A DNA stretch of 63,445 nucleotides, filler included, from Octopus bimaculoides (taxonomy: Eukaryota), in assembly GCF_001194135.2 (NCBI RefSeq). It is 7 parts of 6 records of this genome, joined end to end, with 100 filler letters (N's around TTAATTAATTAA, not from the genome) between each part and the next. Parts side by side here need not be neighbours in the genome. Positions count along the whole stretch, not along the records: positions 17,881 to 31,169 come from NC_068997.1; positions 31,270 to 43,950 come from NC_069000.1; 5 more parts are not named here. One strand, given 5' to 3'. Shown here in pieces: positions 26,098-39,985 of the stretch. The number at the start of each line of letters is the position of its first letter. Position 1 is the first letter of the stretch. The notes below the pieces were generated by a model. The model was not told where the DNA came from. It saw only the letters and a list, made by a program, of their open reading frames with translations, and ran no database searches. A program made the position numbers and the translations under genes.

Positions 26098-26309
26098 ATG
26101 GAAATGTAACTGCTTAGCAAGTGACCTGATCTGAGATCCTGTGCTGGAACGAAAACAATTGTAGCGTAGAAGGTGTTTATAAGCCATTTAAAAAATACAT
26201 AAAAACTTTTAAATACACTTCAACATTTAAATTTAAATGTTGAAGTGAATCTAGCGGTTTTTGTGTGTTTCTTAAATGGCTTATAAACACCTTCCACGCT
26301 GCAATTGTT
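26098..26309. mobile_element. Foldback repeat inserted in the Gypsy RT
   Basis: The insert splits PKIKYLGQIID and is flanked by taaaattaa(a/g)tatt. It contains 78+78-bp inverted arms at 26154-26309. Confidence 0.75.
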
Positions 26310-27429
26310 AAAATTAAGTATTTAGGACAAATTATCGACAGGAATGGACAACGACCGGACTCGTCGAGGGAAGACGCAATTAAAAATATGCCTCCTCCGA
26401 CTAATATAACGACCTTATAAGCTTGTCTAGGTCTGACGAATTATTATTAAAATTATATACCAAATATGCATAAATTGAGAGCTCCACTAAACAATTTGCT
26501 GAAAAATGTGTGAAGTGGAATTGGTCAAATAATTGTCAAAAGGCGTTTGACGATATTGAAAAAATATTAACATCGGATTTGTCACTGATTTATTTCTTTC
26601 CTGCAGCGGAGATTGTTGTAGCTTCTAACGCTTCTAAATACGGCATAGGTGCAGTAATGCTACACAAATATAAAGACAGTAATATGAATGCGGTGGTTCA
26701 GGTCTCACGTTGTCTGATAGCGGCAGAGAAAAATTATAGTCAAATAGTGAAAGAAGCTCTAGCGATCATTTTTACCGTGAAGAAATTTTAGATTTTTGCA
26801 CAGTAGAAGTTTTCAGCTACAAACTGACACCGACTATTATTATCAATTTTTGAGTCGGAAAATTGAATTCCTACCCATACTGCAAATAGGTTACAACGCT
26901 GGGGTACGATAATGTTGAATTACGATTTTAAGATGAAGTATATACCATCGAAGAAGTTAGGCCATGCGGATTGTTTATCAAGGCTAATTCCAAAAAATAC
27001 GGAACTATTTGAAGGTACCGTAACTGCCGCGTTGCGAGCGCAAAATGAAATTTAAAAAAACCACTTTGCGTAACTTCATTCGGGAGCTGCCAGTAAATTG
27101 TTCAAGATAGGAAATTAAAATTGGAGAATGACAAATTCATTGCGAAGATGAAAGAAACGTTGAAGGCAAAAGAAAATAATGCAAATTCGAACAATTTTTC
27201 TATTTGTGATAATGTGCTGATGTACCCACAAAGAGTTGTAGTACCAGCTGCACTACAAAAGCGTGGATTTTTTTTTCAAGAATGAAATCAATAATGAAGA
27301 GTTACGTGTATAGGCCTACTATGGACAGTGAGAGTGAACATTTGGTGAAATCCTGCCGATGTTGTGCTCTCGCAGCAAAGTCGCTACCGGTGAAATTCCA
27401 ATCGTGACCTAAGACCTAAGACAGACAGT

Positions 27430-27649
27430 TAGCAGAAACGTTAGCGCGCCGGGCGAAATGCTTAGCGGTTACGTTCTGCCGTTACGTTCTGAGTTCAAAT
27501 TCCGCCGAGGTCGACTTTGCCTTTCATCCTTTCGGGGTCGATAAATTAAGTACCAGTTACGCACTGGGGTCGATGTAATCGATTTAATCCCTTTGTCTGT
27601 CCTTGTTTGTCCCCTCTGTGTGTAGCCCCTTGTGGGCAGTAATGAAATA
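27430..27649 (+). mobile_element. tRNA-derived SINE inserted in the Gypsy integrase
   Basis: 7-bp TSD AGACAGT at 27423-27429 and 27650-27656. Removal restores KTDSPWVRLHIDFA. Confidence 0.92.
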
Positions 27650-28928
27650 AGACAGTCCGTGGGTCAGGCTACATATAGATTTTGCTAAACCGGTAAACGG
27701 CGCGTAACATCTGATCATAGTAGACAGCTATACCGCGTGACCGGAGATATGTAAATGCAGTCAACCAGCCTCAGAGGTAACAATAAGGTTCCTTCATGAA
27801 CTTTTTGCGCGATACGGTGTCCCGGACACCATAGTGTCGGATAATGGAACTCAGTTTTTGGGGTACGAATTAAAAAAAATTATGTGAGAGGTATGCAATC
27901 AATCACATCTCTACTCCACCGTACCTCCCGAATTCAAATGGGCAAGCAGAAAGTTTCGTAGACACATTTAAGCGACCACTAACCCGAACATCTGTTCAGC
28001 CAAGTCCCCCGCAGAGCTAATGTTTGCCCTGAAGATACAATCAATTTTTGATAAATTATTACCTACATAAAAAGCTTATGGGGGAAACCCAAGAAACACA
28101 ACAAAGTATTTTAATGTAGGAGGTAAAGTTCATTTCAAAATATATAAGAATGAAAGACAATATTATGAAGACGGTATAGTGACGAAAAGACTAGGCAGTA
28201 TGACGTACATAATAAAAGGTCAAATAGGAGAGCACAAATGACATTTGAACCAGTTGAAATCTGGACATAGCGAAGAAAGAAAAGAAATCCCAATAGAAGT
28301 TTGTTATGACTTGCTCGATGTTCCAACGCCAAAAGTGGCTGAACCTAGGCGGATCAAACATAGAAAACATAAACAAACAGAACGACTAGAAATAATCCCT
28401 AAGCGAAAGAAGTATTAAAACTTCTGAGGAAATCAAAATCTCAAAAAAAAAGGGAGAAGTGATGATGAAAAAAAGAATAAAATTAAATAAACAGTTTGCA
28501 CTTCCTACAGAAGTCAAATCTCAACAGGGGAGATGTTACGGCGAGCATCATGACACCCCTCGTATAAATAGCAGTGTGTTTGACTGAGAGGAAGAGATGA
28601 TAAAACACTTACCCCACTAAAAGTTAGTATATTAGGAATCTACATGATATAGCACATATTCGTAGAAAACTTTATTAAAAAATATCCATTTTTCTGAAAG
28701 TTATGATCATCCAAGGTTGGGGAGACAGAAATCTGTAGTTATGCCGACAGAGGTATGTTACGTTACTAACGCTAGAAAACCGGAGGTGAATATTTAAAAA
28801 CTTTCAAAGCAATATTTTTTATGTTTAATAATTGTTAATAAAAAAAATCAAATGAATAGCCTATTATTTTGTCCGAGGTCAAATTATTCATGCATCACAA
28901 GTATGAAAGCAATTGGTGAAGCCGTTTC

Positions 28929-28974
<46 letters not shown>

Positions 28975-28976
<2 letters not shown>

Positions 28977-29115
28977 GACGGGCTTCTTTCAGTTTCCGTC
29001 TACCAAATCCATACACAAGGCTTTGGTCAACCCGAAGCTATAGTGGAAGACACTTGCCCAAACTGTCATGCAGTGGGACTGAACGCAGAACCATGTGGTC
29101 GGTAAGCAAGCTACT
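28975..29115 (-). mobile_element. CORE-like tRNA-derived SINE head and body
   Basis: The reverse complement has ggttc..ttcagtcccactgc..ttgggcaagtgtctt, the same family as 32067-32230, 40948-41110, 42375-42535, 44075-44235 and 48203-48345. Confidence 0.8.
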
Positions 29116-30200
29116 TTATTTCATTTTATTTGCCATAAAAGCACTATACAGAGTAGCTGCGGGCTGGACAACACATTAATAAAAGAAAATGAAATGACAT
29201 AAATGAATAAATGAGAGACGAAAGCCAACGCCCGCCGTTTGGGTTTTTCTCGAAAACATATTTTCTATTTTTAAAAATCAATATGAGGTTTCAGACCTCT
29301 TACAAAAAGGAGGCACTAAAACCTCTTACTCAACATGTTTTTTTTTATTTTTTAAAAAACACAATTAAGGTTTTAAACCACTACAAATAATGCAATAAGA
29401 TGCGGTTTCAAACCCTCTTAACGAGGCTTTTTCACCTCCTATTCGTCGATATATCCATCAATATATCTATCATTATCTTCAGTGCCGCTTGAGTTACCGT
29501 ACCCCGCCATTTCCCATGCCTCATTCATGTACGAGGCATATGTCATGTTAGGGTCAACCGGCCATTTGCGACAATCCTCTTTAATTATTCTAAGCTTTTC
29601 CCAAACGGACATCCTTATGACCTCCACAGCTATGACAGTTGAGAAAAAAAGAAATAGTTCAATAAACGAAACAGAAACAGTTAAAAAAAAAAAAGAGGAA
29701 GAGAAAGACAAGGAAAACAGTTCAAGGAAAAAATAAAGAAAGAGAATTTTTTTTTTTTTAAGGAAAAACACAAAATCCTCGGCAAGAACAAAATGGACTA
29801 CAACATATTCCAGCCCTGGCATNNNNNNNNNNNNNNNNNNNNNNNNNNNNNNNNNNNNNNNNNNNNNNNNNNNNNNNNNNNNNNNNNNNNNNNNNNNNNN
29901 NNNNNNNNNNNNNNNNNNNNNNNNNNNNNNNNNNNNNNNNNNNNNNNNNNNNNNNNNNNNNNNNNNNNNNNNNNNNNNNNNNNNNNNNNNNNNNNNNNNN
30001 NNNNNNNNNNNNNNNNNNNNNNNNNNNNNNNNNNNNNNNNNNNNNNNNNNNNNNNNNNNNNNNNNNNNNNNNNNNNNNNNNNNNNNNNNNNNNNNNNNNN
30101 NNNNNNNNNNNNNNNNNNNNNNNNNNNNNNNNNNNNNNNNNNNNNNNNNNNNNNNNNNNNNNNNNNNNNNNNNNNNNNNNNNNNNNNNNNNNNNNNNNNN

Positions 30201-31169
30201 GGCGTCCTTCAAGTATCACTGGATACCTGCAGCCAGCCATTAAAAAAAAATCTCGAAAAACCAGATCGCTTTTTACCCTACGCAATCGACAGCCGGCAAT
30301 ACCCTTACATTTAAAAGCCTGGGCCCGCTATCCCCCAGGCCCCGTCGGATGGTATCTTCAATCCAACCCGACTCGGTGCCTGGGGGTAACCCACATACCC
30401 AGGCTCTTATTAATTTCCTCTCGCAGTACGACGGGAGGAACAGAATTTCGTTGCCCTCCAAGGGCTGGCTCGCAAAACTGCGAGCCTCCTCCGGGGTGTC
30501 AAACAGCAACCATACGGTTGCATGCCTGACACCCTGGGATATGTATTTCACAGAGGACAAATAGTCTTTCAGTTCTTTCTCTATAGTTGATTTTGGGAAG
30601 ATGGTGATGGTTTCAAGAACTTTAGAGTAAGTTCTAACCACCACTGTCCTCTCCTCCATATCTTTAACCACTGCTTAGGTGGGATAATTTCCCACTCCTA
30701 GACAGGGTTCTTCTTTTTAAGTTCCTTCTCTGCCATGTCCAAAAAAAGAAAAAATAGTTCAAAAGCAGTTCACAAAAACAGTCCACCAAAAATTAAAACC
30801 GAAGAAAAATAGAAAAAAAAACAAAATAAAAGAGGAGAAAAAACTGAAAAAATAATGAGAAAAAGAATGAACCGAAATTTAGAAAGAAAGAAAAATGGAA
30901 GAAGGGAAAACATTTCTTTTTAAATGCACACAAATAGAATAGAGAGGGAATCCTTGGCTCTGTATAATACTCCAACAAGTAAATCCAATAGTCAGGGTTC
31001 TTCTCGATAGTACTCCAGTTAGGTAAACTCCACAGGGTACCACTTTTTCTAGCGAAATACGCCCACCAGAATGTACACGTTATTTGGCGAAAATACGCGA
31101 CACAGAATTTTACTCCAAAGAAGTTTTCAAAAAATTCTCAGTCCACCGTTATGGCGACGAGAACACAAT
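30201..31169 (-). mobile_element. Second Tx1/L1-like element: 5' UTR and ORF1 fragment
   Basis: ORF 30273-30671 parallels ORF1 at 1990-2514 (KYISQG..ATVWLLFD.PEEA..F...PLE..EILFLP), and the shifted frame ends YPVILEGR like VFVEGR. Confidence 0.65.
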
Positions 31170-31293
31170 NNNNNNNNNNNNNNNNNNNNNNNNNNNNNNN
31201 NNNNNNNNNNNNNTTAATTAATTAANNNNNNNNNNNNNNNNNNNNNNNNNNNNNNNNNNNNNNNNNNNNAAGTACAAACATACATACATACAT

Positions 31294-31334
<41 letters not shown>

Positions 31335-31343
31335 TCTGTGTGT

Positions 31344-31379
<36 letters not shown>

Positions 31380-31784
31380 AGGTGCGTGGTATAGCGGTTA
31401 GGTTGTTGCAGTCACGTGATTTCTATTCCCACATTAGGCATCGCGTTGTGTTCTTGAACCAAACACTTCTTCTCAAGTTGCTGCAGTTCCTCCTTCGATC
31501 AGGAATTGGGAATATTTGTCATTGTTGCAGGTGGAGGGCTTCTTCAAATGCAGTCGCTCCATGCGTGACTGCCACTCCCATGTGGGACTGTGCAGCCACA
31601 GCAGACGCTGGCACCACCTTCAGTAGCTGACACATAATTTTCCAGACAGTGATACATGGCCTTTCGAGACCAACGTATGCCTATCTGTCTAACTGTATAT
31701 GTCTATATATGCATATATAGATGTGTGTGCGTGTGTGTGTGTATGTGTGTGTATATATATTATATATATATATTCTCTTATTCT

Positions 31785-32230
31785 TTACTTTTTACTTGTT
31801 GCAGTCATTTGACTGCGGCCATGCTGGATCACCGCCTTAACGGGATTTTTAGTTGAACAAATCCACACCAGGACTTATTCTTTGTAAGCCTAGTACTTCT
31901 TCTATTGGTCTCTTTTGCCGAACCGCTAAGTTACAGATGGGGTGTAAACGCAACAATATTGGGTGTCAAGCGTTGGTTGGGGTGGGGAGGCAAACACAGA
32001 CACAAAGACATGCACACACATACACACAAGCACGCACAAACACACACACATATATATACACATATATACGACAGGCTTCAGTAAGTTACCGTGTACCAAA
32101 TCCGCTCATAAGGCTTTGGTTGACCAAAGGCTATGGTAGAAGACACTTGCCCAAGGTGCCAAGCAATGGGATTGAACCAGGAACCATGTTGTTGGGGAAC
32201 AAGCTTGTTACCATACAGCCACACCTGCGA
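31785..32230 (-). mobile_element. Bipartite SINE (CORE-like head, internal microsatellite, conserved tail)
   Basis: Head at 32067-32230, tail ..gtaacttagcggttcggcaaaagagacc..ggtgatccagcatggccgcagtcaaatgactg. The same layout occurs at 39405-39985 (-) and 42375-42800 (+). Confidence 0.8.
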
Positions 32231-32266
32231 TATATACATGTATATATACACACACACACACACAGA

Positions 32267-32319
<53 letters not shown>

Positions 32320-32977
32320 TTATATGTATATATGCAAATATACTCTTTTACTCNNNNNNNNNNNNNNNNNNNNNNNNNNNNNNNNNNNNNNNNNNNNNNN
32401 NNNNNNNNNNNNNNNNNNNNNNNNNNNNNNNNNNNNNNNNNNNNNNNNNNNNNNNNNNNNNNNNNNNNNNNNNNNNNNNNNNNNNNNNNNNNNNNNNNNN
32501 NNNNNNNNNNNNNNNNNNNNNNNNNNNNNNNNNNNNNNNNNNNNNNNNNNNNNNNNNNNNNNNNNNNNNNNNNNNNNNNNNNNNNNNNNNNNNNNNNNNN
32601 NNNNNNNNNNNNNNNNNNNNNNNNNNNNNNNNNNNNNNNNNNNNNNNNNNNNNNNNNNNNNNNNNNNNNNNNNNNNNNNNNNNNNNNNNNNNNNNNNNNN
32701 NNNNNNNNNNNNNNNNNNNNNNNNNNNNNNNNNNNNNNNNNNNNNNNNNNNNNNNNNNNNNNNNNNNNNNNNNNNNNNNNNNNNNNNNNNNNNNNNNNNN
32801 NNNNNNNNNNNNNNNNNNNNNNNNNNNNNNNNNNNNNNNNNNNNNNNNNNNNNNNNNNNNNNNNNNNNNNNNNNNNNNNNNNNNNNNNNNNNNNNNNNNN
32901 NNNNNNNNNNNNNNNNNNNNNNNNNNNNNNNNNNNNNNNNNNNNNNNNNNNNNNNNNNNNNNNNNNNNNNNNNNNNN

Positions 32978-33020
<43 letters not shown>

Positions 33021-33028
33021 CATATATA

Positions 33029-33879
33029 CATGGTCTGATCAATAAGTATCCGGAATGCTGCCATAGTAACGAAGCTAAAGCACGCAGAGTAAAGTCGCTT
33101 GGCTCGGATTGGCCTTGAACTCTGCTGTGCATGCGCACTAAGTTTTGATGTTCTAGCTCACTTCCGCTGTTTACAGCAGTGCTTGGAATATGTGTAGCGT
33201 GTGATCGTCGCGTTGATCATGACAAAATGTTGAGCAGAGAATCTGCATCAAAATTTGCCAAAAGCTTGGAAATACCTGGAAAGTTTTCAAAAAGTTTTCA
33301 TCGTTCTCGACACGATCAAGAAAAATCTTGTGTAACTGAAACCCGAGTGTCTTTATGGTCAGTTGAAAGCAGTTTCGGCATAAACTTGGCAGACACGCGT
33401 CTCAAACCCAAATCTTCAGTGATAATAGACTGAACTGAACCGTAGCTAATCTGTACATCCTCTGATAACTCACGGATGGTGATTCGACGATTTCCCCTTT
33501 ACAGCTGCACGCGCATCTGCGATGTTTTTCTCAGCTCTGCCAGAGCGTTCGTAAATATCGACATTTTTTCAGCCATCTTGGAAACGTCTGAACCAGTCAT
33601 ACACTCATACACTCCTCTCAATACACTTTCTGCAACTTTGCGTTGGCCCCTGAGCAGGTACCACCATGACAACTTTCTCTGCCATGGACAATGCGACGAT
33701 CACACGCTACACACCTTCCTCCCAAGCACTGCTGTAAACAGCGGAAGTGAGCTAGAACGTTAAAATTTAGTGCACATGCACAGCAGACTTCCACGTCAAT
33801 CTTTGCCAAGCAGCTTTACGCTGCGTGCATTAGCTTCGTTACTATAGCAATAGTCTGGATACTCATTGATCAGACCACA
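33029..33879. mobile_element. Mariner-derived foldback element made of two inverted 5' halves
   Basis: TA-flanked TIRs (catggtctgatcaataagtatccgga / tctggatactcattgatcagaccata). The left arm is the mariner 5' end on plus to about 33278; the right arm is a longer 5' end on minus. Confidence 0.88.
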
Positions 33880-34239
33880 TACACACACACACACACACAC
33901 ACACATCTATATAAATACACACACATATATATACATATATATACACATACATACGTATATATATATANNNNNNNNNNNNNNNNNNNNNNNNNNNNNNNNN
34001 NNNNNNNNNNNNNNNNNNNNNNNNNNNNNNNNNNNNNNAATGCATACATGTATATACGCACATATACACACACTTCATGCATATGTATAAAGGTAGACGC
34101 TCTGCAACAATTGATGAATATTCTTATTCATTTCCCAGGAATAACAATATTCCGACCAAAAACACGGCCAATAAATAAGTAAATAGAAAGAAAGAAGGGA
34201 AAGACAACCGAAAAGTTAAAAAGAAACTGAGGCGACGAC

Positions 34240-34774
34240 AACAGCAATGACCACCACTACCACCACCACCACCACCACAACAACAACAACAACAACAACA
34301 ATAGCACTATGAGAATATAAAGAGCACCAACAGCAGTATTCAATATCTGTACCAAGAAGAATAAGAATGAGAATAGAAAGAAGAAGGATTTACATTGATG
34401 GAAACGGACTGGGAATAAGAAGTGGACGACATTTTTGTGGCGCATTTAGGAATGGTGGTAAGGGGTGGAGGAGGAGTGGGGTGAAATGAGGAGGGTGCAG
34501 AGAGGGTGGTGGGGTGGTGGTGAGTAGATCGTCTGGTTTGGATGAGACGATAAACGACTACTGCCTATGTTAAAGATGGGACCGTCGTCGTCGTCATTAC
34601 CATCACCATCTTAAGCGCCGCCGCCACCACTGCCACCATCACGACGACGACGACGACGACCACCACCACCATCAATAACAACAACAACAACAACAACAAC
34701 AACAAAAACAGCAACAAAAGATGGCAATGAGAAGATAATGATAATAATAACGATAAGATAGTAATAATACTAGC

Positions 34775-34815
<41 letters not shown>

Positions 34816-34864
34816 CTATGATATTGGTGGTGATGATGATAATGATAATGATGATGGTGGTGAC

Positions 34865-34903
<39 letters not shown>

Positions 34904-34974
34904 ATTGGTCACAAGGGCTTAAGAAATTCAGGACAATATAAAAGGACGAAATACAACACGACAATAATATCAAC

Positions 34975-35034
<60 letters not shown>

Positions 35035-35035
35035 T
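34240..35035. repeat. Patchwork of trinucleotide microsatellites (CAC, CAA, CGA, AAT, GAT, GTA)
   Basis: Visible directly in the sequence. Confidence 0.9.
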
Positions 35036-36774
35036 GAGCAATCAATAAACAGATTCAAGCAAACGCGTCATTGAACCTATTTAAAATTCTCGAGAGATTT
35101 TCAAGTCTCTTGCAACGATTCTTTTATGAATGATCTTTGAAAAACGCTGAAACAGTAAGAAACAATTGCATGTCTTCCTCTATTTATTGTTCTTTCTTTC
35201 CTTCTTTCCTTCTTTCTTTCTTTCCTTCTCTTTTGCTTTCTTTTCCCCCCTCCAAATCTTCCTCCCTTTCCCCGCTTTTCTCTCGTTTATTTAAAATATG
35301 CGCGTGCACGCATATACATACAAACATACATACATGCATACATACAATCTTGCACAATACATACGCACACTCATATATTTCCGCACCCACCCCGGTCTCA
35401 ATTAAACCTTCCCCATCCCAATACTCATATACATTTTCCCCTCTCTTTCCCACTTTCTTCAACTTCTTTTACTCCCCCCTTTTTCTCTCACTATTTCACT
35501 ATTTCTTTCTTTCTCGACTCTTACCAATGTTATCTACGTCCATTCATATATTAATAAACAGATGTGGGCATTCGTATAAATAGAGACACACGGACTCCTG
35601 CTCATACACATCAGCACAAACCTTCCCACCCACTCTCTCACCCACTCTCTCACCCACTACCACTCTCCTTCTCTCTCTCACATACACAAGTAAATCCTTT
35701 TTATACAGGCATCTGGAAGTACGATTTTTTAAATACCATACAAGTGCATGGGTATAGTCTTTATGTTGCATGTCTTGTTTCTCTGTTTTTTTCGTTGTTC
35801 GAAAAAAGTTCGTTTTCTATGTTTTCGTTTTTATGTTTTCGTTTCTCATTGTGTTTAACGTTTTTTTTTTTGATGTCCTGTACCTGTTTATGCATGTATG
35901 TATACATATAGATGTAGGTATGTACATATATGTATGGATATATGCACTGTTTAATTTTTCCTGTTTTGGTTTTTGTTTGCTACTTTGGAATCCTCCGCTT
36001 AGCAGGTTAATCCACTTCGCGGGAAGAGCTATTCTAAGAGCGCGTCTGCCTCATCTTCGAAACGCCTAGTTTAGAATAGAGGCAGCTGATGAAGGAAAAG
36101 TTCCATAAGTGGCTTGTCTGTTTTCCTATGTGTTCATTCTGTTGTCCGTAAAAAAGGCCGTTTTTGTGCTTTGTTTATGTACCCGTTCCTTTTTTGTCCA
36201 CGTTTTTTGACGTCCTGTACCCGGATATACATCTATATATACATGTAGATGTACGTATGTACATATATGTATGTATACATGCATATGCTCATATATCATT
36301 TGTATTATTATATTATCGAACGCTACTCGTCCATTTGCAAGTAAGTTTTAACTATATATATATATCAGTTTGGTAAGAAAGTTCTTGGATACTTTTAACA
36401 TATTACTTTATTAACAATTAAAAAAAAACAACAAAGAACAATCAACCTCATNNNNNNNNNNNNNNNNNNNNNNNNNNNNNNNNNNNNNNNNNNNNNNNNN
36501 NNNNNNNNNNNNNNNNNNNNNNNNNNNNNNNNNNNNNNNNNNNNNNNNNNNNNNNNNNNNNNNNNNNNNNNNNNNNNNNNNNNNNNNNNNNNNNNNNNNN
36601 NNNNNNNNNNNNNNNNNNNNNNNNNNNNNNNNNNNNNNNNNNNNNNNNNNNNNNNNNNNNNNNNNNNNNNNNNNNNNNNNNNNNNNNNNNNNNNNNNNNN
36701 NNNNNNNNNNNNNNNNNNNNNNNNNNNNNNNNNNNNNNNNTCTATTTCTCTCTCACTCTCTCTCTCTCCCTCTC

Positions 36775-36830
<56 letters not shown>

Positions 36831-37089
36831 CACACTAGTTGTCTCTGGCCGAAAAGATGTGATCAGTGGGACCAGCAGAATGCCAGTTGGACGCAGGTCT
36901 AGCTTTGATCAACCTAGGTCAGGTTGCCTGGGTGAGGATGTACTTTGTAAGAGCCGAAGCAACCAGTAATCCCAGGATACAATACAGACGATGTACACTG
37001 TGTCTAAAGACATACAGTGCTATGCTACTCTAAACTATAACGTACTATAACGTATGTTAATACACAATGATACCCACTGTAGACGCTTA

Positions 37090-37300
37090 TATAGCGGCGA
37101 GCTAGCATAATCGCTAGCATGTTGGACAAAATGCCTAACACTATTTCTTGCGGCGCTTTACGTTTCGGGTTCAAATCACACCAAGGTCAACTTTGCCTTT
37201 CTCATCCTTTCGTGGTCAATAAAATAAAGTACCAGCCAAGTATGAGGTCGATGTAATCGACTTGTCCCCTCTCCTCAAACTTGCTGGCTTTGAACACTGC
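37090..37300 (+). mobile_element. Diverged tRNA-derived SINE
   Basis: gcggcgagctagcataatcg head, gggttcaaatc B box, and core caactttgcctttctcatcc. Confidence 0.75.
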
Positions 37301-37454
37301 AACGGATCGGTGTGTCGTCCAGGGTCAGTATTGTGGGCTTGGTCACTTGTGCGCCATGGTAACCATGTAACCGACCTTATAAATCCTAGGGCTAAACAAA
37401 TGCTACCATATACGATTATATACCACAATATACTACTATAAACTATTAAAAGGT

Positions 37455-37787
37455 AAAAGATAAAGGCCCTCTTCGGTCATGAATGACCATGAGATTGCAC
37501 CAAGAAAGTCCCCACCCCCGAAGCTCAAGTTCAAGCAAATTTGTTTATGGAAGACCAGCAGCCGCCCATGCCTCCTCTCTCTCTACGCCACCAATGTTAT
37601 CCAAGGAAAGGGCAAAGGCCGATACAGTTCGGCATCTGTGACGTCGCAACTCATTTCTACAGCTGAGTGAACTGGAACAACGTGAAATAAAGTGTTTTGC
37701 TCAAGAATACAACACACATTCCTGTCCAGGAATTGAACTCACTACCACATGATTTCGAGCCTGACGCTCTAACCACTGAGCCATGCT
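37455..37787 (-). mobile_element. tRNA-derived SINE of a third family
   Basis: The reverse complement begins gcatggctcagtggttagagcgtcaggc..gtgagttcaattcctggac. A homologous body lies at 54445-54680. Confidence 0.8.
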
Positions 37788-38222
37788 ATTACACGCTATT
37801 GTATTTACTATGTTATTATATGCAGCTATAGTCTATTTTATATTGTTACGTATTATATACTATTATATAATGTTTTATGTGACTCAATCCTATTGATATC
37901 CAAATTTTATTGATTGCAATTTAATAAGAACATCCTACACCCACAACATTTGTAAATGTACACACATACTGAGACGCAATCATACGCTCACACTCGGATG
38001 TATACATAGATCTGTACATGCACCTATACACATACATACACACACACACACGCACGTACGCACATACGTGTGTGTGTGAGTGTATGTGCATGAGTCTGTG
38101 ACATACAGTATATTATATACATAGTCATACATACATGCATATACAGACATATATGCATACATACATGTATAATTCGGTCAACCGAGACCAAAGTGGATGT
38201 AAGTACAAGGCCTTACATATGT

Positions 38223-38272
<50 letters not shown>

Positions 38273-39404
38273 TACATACAAGCATGCATATATGCATACA
38301 TTCATGCATCCATGCGTACATGCATACATGCATAAGTTTTACCTCAGCGTCACTTTGATGGCGTGCACTGCTCTCTCAATAAAAACAATGACAAAAATAC
38401 ATATGTGTATACATCCATATATATATATATATATGTATGTATGTATATANNNNNNNNNNNNNNNNNNNNNNNNNNNNNNNNNNNNNNNNNNNNNNNNNNN
38501 NNNNNNNNNNNNNNNNNNNNNNNNNNNNNNNNNNNNNNNNNNNNNNNNNNNNNNNNNNNNNNNNNNNNNNNNNNNNNNNNNNNNNNNNNNNNNNNNNNNN
38601 NNNNNNNNNNNNNNNNNNNNNNNNNNNNNNNNNNNNNNNNNNNNNNNNNNNNNNNNNNNNNNNNNNNNNNNNNNNNNNNNNNNNNNNNNNNNNNNNNNNN
38701 NNNNNNNNNACATATATATATATGTATATATGCATGCATACATACATAATACGTATATATATATATATATATATATATACATACATACATACATACATAC
38801 ATACATGCATGCATACATACATACATACATACATACATGCATGCATACATACATACATACATACATACATACATACATACATACATACATGCATGTATGC
38901 ATTCCTACGTACATACAGGCAAGCAAATGCATGCATTCACTGTTTGTGATTTCCATAGCACATTCTTCAGTTTGGTTCTAAAAGAGCGACCAGGAACAAC
39001 GTAATTAAAATAACGACGTTAATATGGCGTATTCTCTTTGAAGATACTGACCAAATGAACGAAACAAGATTAGAATAACCACATTATTGGTAGAATGTCT
39101 TCAAAATAGATTGTCTGAACTGTTGATAGGAGAACACGGTAAACTTCCTCACAGTGTATTCCAAAAGTTTCTCTTATTAGTGCCTGGTCTGCTTCTAAAG
39201 ATAGCATTATAACTAACTATGCTTCAATGTGTCAGATAGGTTGACCTTGCTGTTTGTCGATATACTCTCCAACCAGCCTCCAGCCCCTCCCCCCACAAAA
39301 AACAAGCGAAAAACTCAGCAAAGCCAACATCAGTCAAGAGCTAAAGATTCGGTTATTGATTCGATTCTGATATTTGTAGAATATATCTTTTATCTTTTAT
39401 CATT

Positions 39405-39493
39405 TAATTTGTTGAAGTCATTGGACTGCGGCCATACTGGGGCACCGCTTTGAAAAGTTTTAGTCAAAGAAATCGAAACCAGTATTAATGTTT

Positions 39494-39545
<52 letters not shown>

Positions 39546-39738
39546 TTGTTTGTTTGTTTTAAGTTTGGTCCTTATTCTATTGGCATCAGTCTGTTTTGCC
39601 GAACCGCTAGGTTTAAGGGACGTAAACAAACCAGTATTTGTTGCCAAGCGGTGTATGCTTGTGTGTGTGTGTGTGTGTATGTGTGCGTGTTTGAACGTGT
39701 GTATGTGTAACAAATAGAAACACCTGACCACATACACT

Positions 39739-39777
<39 letters not shown>

Positions 39778-39985
39778 ACACATACACACACACACACACA
39801 CGCATACACAAGCACATACATATACACAATGGGCTTCTACACAGTTTCTGTCAATCAAATTCAATCACAAAAGGTATATGTCGGTCCGGGGCAAATATAG
39901 AAGACACTTGACCAAGGCGCTGCGCTGTGGGACTGAAATCGACACCACGTGGTTTGTAAAGCGAGTTTCTTAACTGCACAGGCAT
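39405..39985 (-). mobile_element. Bipartite SINE with internal microsatellites
   Basis: Same head and tail blocks as 31785-32230. Confidence 0.75.

Larger units (their letters stand above)
24626..28770 (+). mobile_element. Degenerate Ty3/Gypsy LTR retrotransposon (gag, protease, RT, RNase H, integrase, probable PPT and 3' LTR)
   Basis: Two Gag CCHC-like knuckles near 24910-25010, protease LLDTGSDITI (25135), RT FSKLDLSDAYPQI...RLPFGL...LDDILI (25682-26086), RNase H SNASKYGIGAV...NYSQIVKEALAI (26510-26791), integrase PWVRLHIDF and VSDNGTQF. PPT aggggaga is followed by TGTTAC at 28534. No 5' LTR is seen. Confidence 0.93.

Noticed and set aside
34565-34912. Poly-Ile/Leu/Val ORF and similar HT, YI, RE, CV and X-run ORFs across the window
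   Set aside because: These are translations of microsatellites or N gaps.
36030-36115. Possible hammerhead (gaaac...gaggcagctgatgaaggaaaagttcc)
   Set aside because: CUGAUGA and a hairpin are present, but no permutation places GAAA and a UH triplet with all three helices closed.
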